Below, one piece after another: positions 9,783 through 19,214 of a stretch of 64,000 bases of DNA. This DNA is from Candidatus Latescibacterota bacterium (GTDB taxonomy: Bacteria > Latescibacterota > UBA2968). The stretch covers positions 864,001-928,000 of the forward strand of contig OZ241986.1 in the NCBI GenBank assembly GCA_965204375.1, read 5' to 3'. How positions within the stretch are numbered: the stretch's first letter is position 1; each line of letters opens with the position of its first letter. Both the position numbers and the translations under genes were made by a program. A model generated the notes under the pieces. It was not told where the DNA came from and did no database searches. It worked only from the letters and a program-made list of their open reading frames with translations.

Positions 9783-10937
9783 TTGAAGATTACATCGGTA
9801 AAAGCAGTCCCCGCATCATCGTCACCGCAAGGCCGCCCGCCACGCAACTACATGTTTGTGAAGATTGAAACCGATGAAGGCATCACAGGCTGGGGTGAGG
9901 CGACCGCCGGTCCGCTTAGCGTTGCAACCCAGATCGACGAGGTCGGTCAGGTGCTGGTGGGCGAAGATCCCTGGCAGATCGAGAAACACTGGCAAACGCT
10001 CTACCATCACTTTTTTGTACGGGGCGGTGTCGTGCAGATGTCAGCCATAAGCGGCATAGAAATCGCCCTGTGGGACATCAAAGGCCAGGCTGTGGGACTG
10101 CCCATATACGAAATGCTGGGTGGAAAGATGAGAGATCGGATCTGGTGCTATGGCAGGTGGGATGGTCCTACTCCCGAAGCCGCCGCCGAAACTGCGCTAA
10201 ATAACACAGCGAATGGATTGACGGCGCTCAAGGGGGACCCGTTTGACCATTGCGGGCTGTTTATTCCGGCAGAAGCCGAACGCATAGCCATAAAAAAACT
10301 GGAAGCTGTTCGCAAAGCAGTGGGCGACGATGTTGAGTTGCTCGTTGAGGTGCATGGACGGCTTGCGCCCGCAGACGCCATCCGCATCGGCAATGCGATG
10401 GCCGAGTATCGTCCCTTTGTGTACGAAGAACCCGTGCCACCAACAAACCTCGACGCGATGCAACGGGTTGCCGAAGCCGTGAGCATCCCACTGGCGACAG
10501 GCGAGCGGCTTTACACCAAGTGGGAATTTACCGACTTGCTGAGCCGACAAATTGTGAAGATGATTCAACCGGATATCGTTCAGGGTGGCGGCATATTGGA
10601 GTTGAAGAAGATTGCGGCGATGGCAGAAGCCCATTATGTCGGTTTCCAACCGCACAACCCCTACGGTCCGCTTTGCACGATCGCGTCTTTGCATCTCGAC
10701 GCTTGCACCCCAAATTTTATGATTCAGGAAGGCGGAATAAGCCCGTGGTTTCAGGACGCTTGCACAGGCGACTTTCCGGTTCAGAAGGATGGCTTTCTGC
10801 CGATCCCTTCTGGCACTGGGCTGGGCGTGGCCATGAACGAAGCGTGGCTGAAGGCAAACCCCTGGCGCGACGACGCAAACATTTGGCGGCCCCGTCCCGG
10901 TACGGTCGCATCATTGCAAGATACAAAATGGGTCTAA
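9783..10937 (+). CDS. Mandelate racemase/enolase superfamily protein, galactonate dehydratase-like
   Basis: VKIETDEGITGWGE, AISGIEIALWDIKG, EVHGR, EEP, ATGERL, QPD, PHN; TTG start with AGGAGG. Confidence 0.85.
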   Translation: MKITSVKAVPASSSPQGRPPRNYMFVKIETDEGITGWGEATAGPLSVATQIDEVGQVLVGEDPWQIEKHWQTLYHHFFVRGGVVQMSAISGIEIALWDIKGQAVGLPIYEMLGGKMRDRIWCYGRWDGPTPEAAAETALNNTANGLTALKGDPFDHCGLFIPAEAERIAIKKLEAVRKAVGDDVELLVEVHGRLAPADAIRIGNAMAEYRPFVYEEPVPPTNLDAMQRVAEAVSIPLATGERLYTKWEFTDLLSRQIVKMIQPDIVQGGGILELKKIAAMAEAHYVGFQPHNPYGPLCTIASLHLDACTPNFMIQEGGISPWFQDACTGDFPVQKDGFLPIPSGTGLGVAMNEAWLKANPWRDDANIWRPRPGTVASLQDTKWV

Positions 10938-10967
10938 TCATCAGCACCGAGTATAGGAGAGACGTCC

Positions 10968-12374
10968 ATGCCACAACCAGATCAACAGCCCAATATCCTA
11001 TTTGTGTTTTCCGACCAGCAGCGTGCATCGGCAATGGGTTGCTACTACGGCGATGAAGATCTGGAGACACCGCACTTCGACGCATTCGCCAGGCAGGGAA
11101 TGAAATTGGAAAGTGCCGTGTCAACGACCCCGCTTTGTTGCCCCTACAGGGCCATATTGATGACGGGATTACACGGCCATCGCATGGGGATAACGACCAA
11201 CGGGTATCATCCGGATCTAAGTGAATATGCCCACATCGGCAAGGCTTTCAAAAACGCAGGGTACCGCTGTGGTTATATCGGCAAATGGCATTTAGGAGAT
11301 GTACAACTCGATTCGGGTCATCCGATGCGTCTGGGATTCGACGATGAATGGTTTGTACCTCTGGTATCGAGTCACGCGAGTCCCAATCGAAACTATGCGG
11401 TGAACAGCACTGAGACTGTGGTTGGAAAAGGGTTCGACAAGCCGCAGATTGAGGCCAACAGGGCCATTGAATTCATTCGAGGACAGGACGGTGGGGCGCC
11501 CTGGTGCCTGTTTCTTTCGTGGTATCCCCCTCATCCCCCACTGGTATCTCCAGAGGTATATCTCGAAAAATATCGGGGACGGGACCTGAAGTTTCATCCC
11601 AATGTGAAGACCTTAGATGCAGAGACGCTCAATCGTTTTCAGGACCATTATGCGCATTATTACGGTCTCGTAACGGGCCTGGATACTGAGTGGGAACGCT
11701 TGATGCAGGCCCTGCAAGACAGTGGCCAGGCGGAAAACACCATTGTGGTGTACACCTCGGATCACGGTGAAATGCTAAACAGCCAGGGCTGGCGAGGCAA
11801 ACGATGGCCTCATCGCGAATCCACCCAGGTTCCTTTTCTGATTCGATGGCCAGGCAAGATTGAAGCCAACGCCACACTGGACATGCCGTTTGGCACGCCA
11901 GACATTTTTCCCACGCTATGTGGACTCGTAGGGATCAATGTGCCATCGGGGTTGGACGGGGCCGACCTGTCCGGCGTCATCCTCGGCAGCGATTCCAATG
12001 GGCACCAGCAAGAGTACGCCTATATGGCGATGCACCACAGCTTCATTCCGTGGCCCGGCTGGCGCGGGATTCGCACAGCGAAGTACAATTACGCGCGAAT
12101 GGAGGAAGGACCATGGGTGTGTTTCGATCTTGAAAACGATCCCTACGAACAGAACAACCTGGTCGAAGAGAATGGCGCGGTCGTGTCGGAACTGGATGGG
12201 CTTCTTGTAGATGCGATGAAAAAAGCGGGCGATTCCTGGCGCGATGTCGGCAGGGAAGTAGGCGATTGGCAGGCGTGGCACGGCAATAAACAGATTGAGC
12301 AACTCGGATTGGATGCTGAATACCCGGGTTCCGAGGCCATTCGAATCTGGGCAGAACGGAACAATCTTGTATAG
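10968..12374 (+). CDS. Sulfatase
   Basis: PNILFVFSDQ, CCPYRAILMTG, GKWHL, TSDHG, FDLENDPYE. Confidence 0.9.
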   Translation: MPQPDQQPNILFVFSDQQRASAMGCYYGDEDLETPHFDAFARQGMKLESAVSTTPLCCPYRAILMTGLHGHRMGITTNGYHPDLSEYAHIGKAFKNAGYRCGYIGKWHLGDVQLDSGHPMRLGFDDEWFVPLVSSHASPNRNYAVNSTETVVGKGFDKPQIEANRAIEFIRGQDGGAPWCLFLSWYPPHPPLVSPEVYLEKYRGRDLKFHPNVKTLDAETLNRFQDHYAHYYGLVTGLDTEWERLMQALQDSGQAENTIVVYTSDHGEMLNSQGWRGKRWPHRESTQVPFLIRWPGKIEANATLDMPFGTPDIFPTLCGLVGINVPSGLDGADLSGVILGSDSNGHQQEYAYMAMHHSFIPWPGWRGIRTAKYNYARMEEGPWVCFDLENDPYEQNNLVEENGAVVSELDGLLVDAMKKAGDSWRDVGREVGDWQAWHGNKQIEQLGLDAEYPGSEAIRIWAERNNLV

Positions 12375-12395
12375 CGAGCGGCGACTATCGAGTAT

Positions 12396-12482
12396 GAGCC
12401 CGGTCGTCTCTTCTTCATTTACTGGGGACATGAGCCTGGCGAGGTGAGTTGTATCCAGGGGACCTATGTTAGTCTGACATAA
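12396..12482 (+). pseudogene. 3' remnant of a lost gene (sialidase/BNR-like C-terminus)
   Basis: Spacer translates without stops as EPGRLFFIYWGHEPGEVSCIQGTYVSLT*. Confidence 0.5.
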
Positions 12483-12493
12483 AGGGAATTGAA

Positions 12494-13741
12494 ATGAATC
12501 GCTCTGTTCTGGACTGGCCAACAGGTGTTACCGTCTATCACCCCGACCGATGTTACAACGGGTACACGCTCGTTCACGGGCGAGGACCCTGGGATCCCGT
12601 GCGTGGTATCTCGGCCAAACAGGTTGATCGATGGCACTTGATAGACATGAAAGGTCAGGTGGTTCACGAGTTCTACGGAAACCCGGCGACGCAGCGCGGT
12701 TCTCAGCTATTTGAACGCGTCGCAAACGGCCACTATATCAGCAATGGGGCCTCCATCACAGAACAGGACTGGGATGGAAATATTGTCTGGTCTCTGTCCT
12801 CAGACTTCCGCAGGGATGCGCGACCAACGGGTTTCCATCACGACATCCAGAAGACTTCTGAACACACCTATCTCGCTATGGTCGCGGATCGCGTCGATGC
12901 TCCCCAGGTATCGCGCGTTACACTCAAAGACGATCACCTCATGGAAATAACTTCGGAGGGCGAGATCGTCTGGGAATGGTGGGGGCATCACCACTTGGAA
13001 GAATTCGGATTCAGTGATCGTGCGAAGCAGATCATATTTGAAACTGGCGGGGGGCAACAGCCCGGACAGGAAGGAGACTGGCTCCATCTGAATACGCTTC
13101 ACACACTTCCCGACAATCCCTTATACGATCGGGGCGATACGAGATTCAAGCCGGGGAATATTCTCAGTTGTTCCAGAAATGGAAATCAGATATTCATCAT
13201 CGAGAAATCGACCGGGAACATCGTCTGGAAGTGGGGCTATTTGGACCAGATGGAAACCATGTGGTTAAACGGGACCGAAAGGCAGAATCAATACCTGATA
13301 GGTCCACACGATCCCAAAATGCTGCACAACGGAAATATCCTGATCTACGACAATGGCGGCGGTACGGGCTATCCTCCGATTAACCGATTCTACACCCGGC
13401 TTGTAGAAATCAATCCCGTGAGTGGAGAAGTCGTATGGGAATATGCTGCGGGGCCTCAGGCCAGCATATTCCTGAGCATTGTTACCGGCGGTGTACAGCG
13501 CCTCCCGAATGGGAACACGCTCAGTCTGGACACGGACAAGGGACGGATTTTCGAAGTGACCTGGGAAGGTGAAATCGTGTGGGAGTACATCAACCCGAGA
13601 GGCGGATTCTACAGAACCCAGCGCATTGCGTACCCCGATTGCCCACTGGACCCTCCTGACCAGGAGCCAGCAGATCTCCCGGTTCCCGATCACATCGGCC
13701 TACCCGTATCAGACACCCTGGATTATTCCCCATCTTCTTAG
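12494..13741 (+). CDS. Arylsulfate sulfotransferase (ASST) family beta-propeller
   Basis: HHD, GEIVWEW, DWLHLN, GPHDP..L.NGNILIYDNG, QRLPNGNTL, GRIFEVT.EGEIVWEY. Confidence 0.85.
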   Translation: MNRSVLDWPTGVTVYHPDRCYNGYTLVHGRGPWDPVRGISAKQVDRWHLIDMKGQVVHEFYGNPATQRGSQLFERVANGHYISNGASITEQDWDGNIVWSLSSDFRRDARPTGFHHDIQKTSEHTYLAMVADRVDAPQVSRVTLKDDHLMEITSEGEIVWEWWGHHHLEEFGFSDRAKQIIFETGGGQQPGQEGDWLHLNTLHTLPDNPLYDRGDTRFKPGNILSCSRNGNQIFIIEKSTGNIVWKWGYLDQMETMWLNGTERQNQYLIGPHDPKMLHNGNILIYDNGGGTGYPPINRFYTRLVEINPVSGEVVWEYAAGPQASIFLSIVTGGVQRLPNGNTLSLDTDKGRIFEVTWEGEIVWEYINPRGGFYRTQRIAYPDCPLDPPDQEPADLPVPDHIGLPVSDTLDYSPSS

Positions 13742-13773
13742 GGGCTGTGAAATTCATCCACAGCCCCTTTTTT
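13741..13773 (+). terminator. Rho-independent terminator closing the + strand gene run
   Basis: GGGGCTGTG-aaattcatc-CACAGCCCC followed by TTTTTT. Confidence 0.85.
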
Positions 13774-14054
13774 GTCTAATGGGGAGGTGCCTTTTCGAGC
13801 ACTATATTCTATGTAAAATATTGCTGACTATAACGGATTGCAGTGGTTGATTTTCTTATTTTTATCGTTTTATTTTTCAATCCTTTACGATTATATCTGT
13901 TCAGTGCTATACCCTTCAAATAATGTCAAAGAGCATATATATTGGGCTGATAGCACCTGTCGAATCAATCTAAATGGAGTATAAATTATTGAAAAACAAT
14001 AAATTATTTTACCACTATAAAATGTTACAATCAGAAATATTGATTATTCATGGC

Positions 14055-14083
14055 TTGTCTGTTGAGGGGCGTTCCTTTATATT
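14055..14083 (+). promoter_or_regulatory. Sigma70-like promoter of the toxin-antitoxin operon
   Basis: TTGTCT-17 bp-TATATT, followed by RBS AAAGGA at 14103. Confidence 0.45.
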
Positions 14084-14115
14084 TGTGAAAATTATTCCCG
14101 AGAAAGGAATGTCTT

Positions 14116-14478
14116 GTGTACGGTTTCAAATTTTATCAATCTGATAGATTTCGCTCACGGCGCAGATCGTATAACAGAAAACATAAGGATGAAATGAAAG
14201 CGGTGAGAAAAAATCTTCACAGTACACTTGAACTCCATGGCGAGTTGTCTCTTCCATTTCGGCAAATCAAGTTCGGCCCCCTCAAATATGAACCCAGATC
14301 AGGAGGTGTCTTTAGATTATCTCAGCAAGGAGGAGGAGAGGGCTTGAAAGAATTTCGACTATATTTTGGTGTTGACGAAGCGAAAAAAATTATTTATTTG
14401 TTGTCTCTTGGCACAAAGACACGTCAATCCCAAGATATAGAGTACTGTAAAAAAGAGTTGAAAAATCTAAAGAAATAA
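14116..14478 (+). CDS. RelE/HigB-like type II toxin
   Basis: Small basic protein with C-terminal FRLYF...IIYLL..GTK..Q..DI pattern of RelE/ParE-superfamily killers, upstream of an HTH gene. Confidence 0.6.
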   Translation: MYGFKFYQSDRFRSRRRSYNRKHKDEMKAVRKNLHSTLELHGELSLPFRQIKFGPLKYEPRSGGVFRLSQQGGGEGLKEFRLYFGVDEAKKIIYLLSLGTKTRQSQDIEYCKKELKNLKK

Positions 14479-14498
14479 AAAAACAGGGAGTACAATTC

Positions 14499-15134
14499 AT
14501 GGCTGATTACGAGACTTTCCAAAAAGAGTGGGATGACGACATTGGAGAGGACGATGCCCGCGAATTTGAACAATGGAAAAAGGGCTCGGAGATGTTGAGA
14601 TGGCTACGTCTTCGCCGAATTTCTGCGGGGTACACTGAAAAAGAGATTGCTGATATTCTCGGATGGACAGAAGATCAAGTTTTAACCTTTGAAATGTCAG
14701 AATTTCAAAATGTCCATGTTGGAAATCTCTTGCCATATTTAACTGCCATTAATGTAGCAATGGGCATTAGGTTTGTGGCAGAAAAAGCAACACCTGAGGA
14801 CAGCATCGCTTTTCACGCAGATAGTATCTACGATCTATTTAAAAAAGTTGTAGAAGTGGCTGGAGATGATAGAAAAAAGACTAAAGAGGCATTAGAACTG
14901 ATCTATGCATATAGTCAAATGGTCACAACTATGATTGCGAATCTGACAGCGATGTTTTCAAATGACAGTGCTGTTATAGAGGCATTGGAAGAAATCTTGC
15001 CACCCAAATTCAAACCCTCTCAGAATATTCGAGAGGATGACACGGATATTTCTGATTACGAGATATCCATAGTTGCAGGTGACCTGCATAATCTAAAAGG
15101 GAGATCACAACAACTCAGTTTTTCTAGTGGATAA
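14499..15134 (+). CDS. XRE-family HTH protein, probable antitoxin
   Basis: LRLRRISAGYTEKEIADILGWTEDQVLTFE HTH; acidic; 20 bp downstream of the toxin. Confidence 0.6.
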   Translation: MADYETFQKEWDDDIGEDDAREFEQWKKGSEMLRWLRLRRISAGYTEKEIADILGWTEDQVLTFEMSEFQNVHVGNLLPYLTAINVAMGIRFVAEKATPEDSIAFHADSIYDLFKKVVEVAGDDRKKTKEALELIYAYSQMVTTMIANLTAMFSNDSAVIEALEEILPPKFKPSQNIREDDTDISDYEISIVAGDLHNLKGRSQQLSFSSG

Positions 15135-15159
15135 TCCATATTTAAAAACAACATAAAAG

Positions 15160-15189
15160 GTACGGGCTAAGTTGCCGCTTAGCCCGTAC
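15160..15189. terminator. Perfect 12-bp stem-loop, terminator-like
   Basis: GTACGGGCTAAG-ttgccg-CTTAGCCCGTAC; A-rich run on the left gives a U-tail on the - strand. Confidence 0.6.
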
Positions 15190-15296
15190 GAGCCTGAAAA
15201 TTATTGGTTGACTGGCCAAATAATTTTAATAGGCACTGTAATATACAGCTATAAACAATAGACTGATCAAATAATTTTTAACGAGGGTAAAATAAT

Positions 15297-15542
15297 ATGA
15301 AGAACATTACATCGACAAAAACAGCGGTGACAATCTTGAACGATATATACATAATCGAAATACATGATAATAATCTATACTTGGCGAAAAATGGTATCGA
15401 AATAAAAAGGCCGCATAAGAAAAAGACCCTCCAGTATATAGCAGACCACGAAAGTATAGATATAACATCTGTTGGTAGCGGAACACAAAGTCTTGGATGG
15501 AAGATTATTAAGGACAACAACACAAGAAGGATGGCAGTATGA
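15297..15542 (+). CDS. Hypothetical protein (AT-rich)
   Basis: RBS GAGGG, 81 aa, ATGA overlap with next gene. Confidence 0.4.
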   Translation: MKNITSTKTAVTILNDIYIIEIHDNNLYLAKNGIEIKRPHKKKTLQYIADHESIDITSVGSGTQSLGWKIIKDNNTRRMAV

Positions 15543-16063
15543 AGCATTTTAAATACTTAATCACACTGGCAGGGGTATTACTAATATCGAATAATATCTC
15601 TGCAAAAGATTATGATTTTAGAAAAACACGGTGGGGTATGCCCATTGCTCAAGTTAAAGCAATAGAGAATTTAAACAGCCAATGGGAGTTCTTTGTAGAA
15701 CGGCCTGCTGAAAATTCTATATCAAAGATTATAGTAGCCTACACAGGTCGGTTATTAGATCATAAATGTATTTTAGTGTATCAATTTACAGATGGGCATT
15801 TAAGCGAAGGAGCCTATAATTTTAATGTTGGAAAATTAGATATTCGGGAATTAAAAGAATTATACGATAACATTCTTAAGACATTATTAAATAAATATGG
15901 CGATGGTACACCTATCCGAGATACAGGAATGAAATGGATTACCAACAAAAAACAAACAGAGATATTACTTGAGTATAACGAACAACATGATAGTATTCAA
16001 GTTTTGTATTTATCTTTGTCTGATAAATCTACAAATAGTACAGCAGACAAAGACGCATTCTAA
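15539..16063 (+). CDS. Hypothetical secreted protein
   Basis: Signal-peptide-like MKHFKYLITLAGVLLISNNISA followed by DFRKTRWGM. Confidence 0.6.
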   Translation: MKHFKYLITLAGVLLISNNISAKDYDFRKTRWGMPIAQVKAIENLNSQWEFFVERPAENSISKIIVAYTGRLLDHKCILVYQFTDGHLSEGAYNFNVGKLDIRELKELYDNILKTLLNKYGDGTPIRDTGMKWITNKKQTEILLEYNEQHDSIQVLYLSLSDKSTNSTADKDAF

Positions 16064-16345
16064 GCAATCAATTCTTTATATCTCAATCTCCTGCCGACAA
16101 AATTAAATATTAATAACCGCATGTGTTGAATTGTAGTTAATAGTCGGTTATTATACCTCCCCCACAAACTCCCGCATATATCTTACCAAGTGTTTTCGAG
16201 TCATTTTGTGATATATACCGATTATATTGCGTTTAGCAATAGCCCAGAATGATTCTATCCCATTGGTATGTATATTGGTATTTTTAATGAGGTTGTGCTT
16301 ATCTTAGTTGAAATAATAGAGGCTCCAATGTAAATTGGATGCAGC

Positions 16346-16664
16346 CTACGGCACATGCTTTGCAAGGATCTCGCGCTCTTGCCGTAAGCGTTTATTCTCT
16401 CTGCGAAGCCGTTGAAGTTCTTCCCGCTCACGACTGGTCAACCCATCGTCTCGACGGCCTTCATCGCGGTCTGCTTGACGCACCCAGACACTGACCGTCT
16501 GGGCGGTGGGTTCAAACTCTTTGGCCAAATCGTTGGCACTACGACCCGATCTGACCAGATTGACCATTTGCTGGCGAAATGCTGCTGGATATGATCTTTT
16601 TCTGCCCATTTTGGACTCCTTTCTCTGAAAGAGATAAGTTGTCCACTAAAACGGGTCAAATCCA
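16346..16664 (-). mobile_element. IS3-family left-end remnant: IRL plus truncated orfA, no orfB
   Basis: IRL TGGATTTGACCCGTTTTAGTGGACA (16664-16640), RBS AAGGAG, OrfA HTH and leucine zipper EELQRLRRENKRLRQEREILAK, then breaks off. Confidence 0.85.
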
Positions 16665-16684
16665 TGTATATAATCCCCTAAAAA

Positions 16685-18232
16685 ATGGAAACCAATATTT
16701 TCATCACTTATTGTCAATTCATTTTGATAACCTGTTTGGCGCTCATGGGGACATCATGGGGTACGCATTCTTATGCGCCTGTTTTCAAAAAATTGTCTAA
16801 TGGGATAAATCAGGATGTCGCTTTACCCACCACTGGCGTCTGGAACAAAGTCCAACACCATCCAGGACACATGCAGGCCATCGTGGAGGCTGGCTTTGAA
16901 TCTGTGCGCATCTTCATGCCCTATGGCGCCAGAATTGCTGATACAGAAAGGCGTATAAGGGATGCTCTCGACAACGGATTGGCTGTAGTTGTATGCATGT
17001 GGGGTCTCAAGTCCTGGTCCAAAGGCGATATCAGCAAAGGAATATCACAAATATCCGAAAAATGGAGGCAAAGGGCTCAAGCATGGGAAAATTTGCCAAA
17101 TGATGTCGTCTTTGAAATACTCAATGAACCAGAGGGGATAGGCTTTAAAGACAATCAGCATGCACAGGTTATGAAACTGTACAATGCTGCTATTGCGGCT
17201 ATAAGGGAAGTTGACCCCGACCGTCCCATCCTCGTCAGTCCGCCAGGCTATAATGACGCCGACAAATTGGATCCATGGGTTACAGAGGAACATCTGACTT
17301 ACAGGCTAAAGGATGGCACCGGATTTTTCGATGACAAGAACATTGGCGTGTCTATCCATTTTTACAAGCCAGGCCGTGCTGAAGGCGTCAACTTTGCCAT
17401 GTGGACAGCCCCGCTAAAGGGGGATTGGAAATCTTCCATATATAGGGAGATCATGCTGGCTGTAGAGTGGAGAAGAAAGTATAATCCATCAATGCCCATC
17501 ATTGTCACTGAATGGGGATGCTGGCTTTTTGAAGGCCGTTCAAAGTCTGACCTTGCTGTGTGGCTGGACTATCATATGGATCAATTCAGAATGCATAACA
17601 TCGGTTCCATGTGGTATACTGGCATACTAAACAACCAGGGACAATTCGCCATCTTTAATTCCGAGCTGGGATGGAATCAACCTGTCCTTGATAAGCTTAC
17701 CGGGGTTGTCCCGGCATCAATTCCCAATACACCTCAACTATTAAATGGCGAGTTCTTCAGACCTGATCATTGCTGGCATTTGTCTTCTGCAGCCATCACG
17801 AAAAATTATGTATATGGAGATGAAGCCCTCAGTGGCATCAGTACCTTGAAATTGACCGTTCCGGCGGCAGTTGGCGGTCAAATATATCAACAAACTCTCA
17901 CATCTTCCGGCAATATTAAAAAACCACAGGCACCCGGCAGAACATTGATCCATCTTATCCAAGGGCAAAGGTATAAAATGAGTTTTTTGGCCAGGACTGA
18001 TCACGGTGAAGGTCAAATAAAAATCGTGATGAGAGATGTAGCAGACAACAGAGTCCTTTACGACAGCTATAAGAAAGATGGTGACTGGATAAAAATATCG
18101 ACCATACCGAAGACCTACACCCGCCATTACACCCATGAATTACCGAATGTCATGGACGTCAGATTCGAACTCGACGTCGGTTCAAAACAACAGACGCTCT
18201 ATCTGGACAAGGTGGAATTGATCAGAGATTGA
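16685..18232 (+). CDS. Glycoside hydrolase family 5 with C-terminal CBM4/9-like domain
   Basis: Signal-like N-terminus, GFESVRI, FEILNEP (acid/base), SIHFY, IIVTEWG (nucleophile), LLNGEF...YLDKVEL jelly roll. Confidence 0.85.
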   Translation: METNIFITYCQFILITCLALMGTSWGTHSYAPVFKKLSNGINQDVALPTTGVWNKVQHHPGHMQAIVEAGFESVRIFMPYGARIADTERRIRDALDNGLAVVVCMWGLKSWSKGDISKGISQISEKWRQRAQAWENLPNDVVFEILNEPEGIGFKDNQHAQVMKLYNAAIAAIREVDPDRPILVSPPGYNDADKLDPWVTEEHLTYRLKDGTGFFDDKNIGVSIHFYKPGRAEGVNFAMWTAPLKGDWKSSIYREIMLAVEWRRKYNPSMPIIVTEWGCWLFEGRSKSDLAVWLDYHMDQFRMHNIGSMWYTGILNNQGQFAIFNSELGWNQPVLDKLTGVVPASIPNTPQLLNGEFFRPDHCWHLSSAAITKNYVYGDEALSGISTLKLTVPAAVGGQIYQQTLTSSGNIKKPQAPGRTLIHLIQGQRYKMSFLARTDHGEGQIKIVMRDVADNRVLYDSYKKDGDWIKISTIPKTYTRHYTHELPNVMDVRFELDVGSKQQTLYLDKVELIRD

Positions 18233-18274
18233 AAAATAATATTCGATGTCACCCTTTATCCCGACTACAGGATT

Positions 18275-19207
18275 ATGCCCATGTCCGATTACACGTTTAA
18301 ACTTGCCATGTTCACGACCGAACTGAGACTGCCCTATGACCGGGCATTTCCCAAAGCGAAAGAGATTGGCGCGGACCGCCTCTGGTACGCGCCTTCGGCG
18401 GGCGACCTTCCGTTCGAAGCCATGACCGACGCGGATATGGACCGCATCGGCGCGTGCGCAGCGCAGCATCAAACGGATATCTTCCTGCTCTGCGGAGGGC
18501 GTAAGTTCAAGAAAGTGCATCTCTGCGATCTGGATCTGGACCATATGGCCGAACATCCCGAATTCCAGGAAGCCCGGGAGGAACTGACCGCCGCCATGAA
18601 GATGGCCGCCCGGCTCAAAATTCCGGCAGTAGCCACGTTTACGTTCGCCTGGCCGGGTGAATATACCGCCGGTAAACCGACCTGGCCCATGCGATGGATG
18701 ACCCGCGGCGGCGTCATTTCCGATCTGGATATGGACAAACTGGTTCGGGCGTTTACGCTGCTGGCCGAGGACGCGGACCGCTACGATGTGGATTTGCCGC
18801 TGTGCATGATGCCGTGGAATTACACGAATACCACGGAACACATGCGGGAGGTGATTGAGGCGGTCGGTTCACCTCGTCTGAAAACGGTCTGGGGGCCAGC
18901 GGATACCATGAATTGCGGTGAATCGGACACCGCCACCCGCGGATTTCAGAATGTCCGCCCGTATCTCCATACGCTCCACATAAAGGATCTGCAAGTTATA
19001 GACGGTCTGAAATGTGAGTTTGAATACTGTCCCATCGGCGAAGGGGACGTGGATTTTCCGACGGTACTGCGGAACCTGCGTGATCATCAGATCGACGTCG
19101 TGATATCCATCGCCACCCACTTCAAGCCAGAAAGCGGATCGGCGGAAGAAGCGATGCGTATCAACTTTGCCAATATGAAATCGTTGATCGATGGGGTAGG
19201 GGATTGA
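18275..19207 (+). CDS. Sugar phosphate isomerase/epimerase (xylose isomerase-like TIM barrel)
   Basis: AMFTTE, VGSPRL...W, HIKD, IGEGDVDF; some usual metal-binding Glu/Asp positions look substituted. Confidence 0.75.
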   Translation: MPMSDYTFKLAMFTTELRLPYDRAFPKAKEIGADRLWYAPSAGDLPFEAMTDADMDRIGACAAQHQTDIFLLCGGRKFKKVHLCDLDLDHMAEHPEFQEAREELTAAMKMAARLKIPAVATFTFAWPGEYTAGKPTWPMRWMTRGGVISDLDMDKLVRAFTLLAEDADRYDVDLPLCMMPWNYTNTTEHMREVIEAVGSPRLKTVWGPADTMNCGESDTATRGFQNVRPYLHTLHIKDLQVIDGLKCEFEYCPIGEGDVDFPTVLRNLRDHQIDVVISIATHFKPESGSAEEAMRINFANMKSLIDGVGD

Positions 19208-19214
19208 TCCTCGA

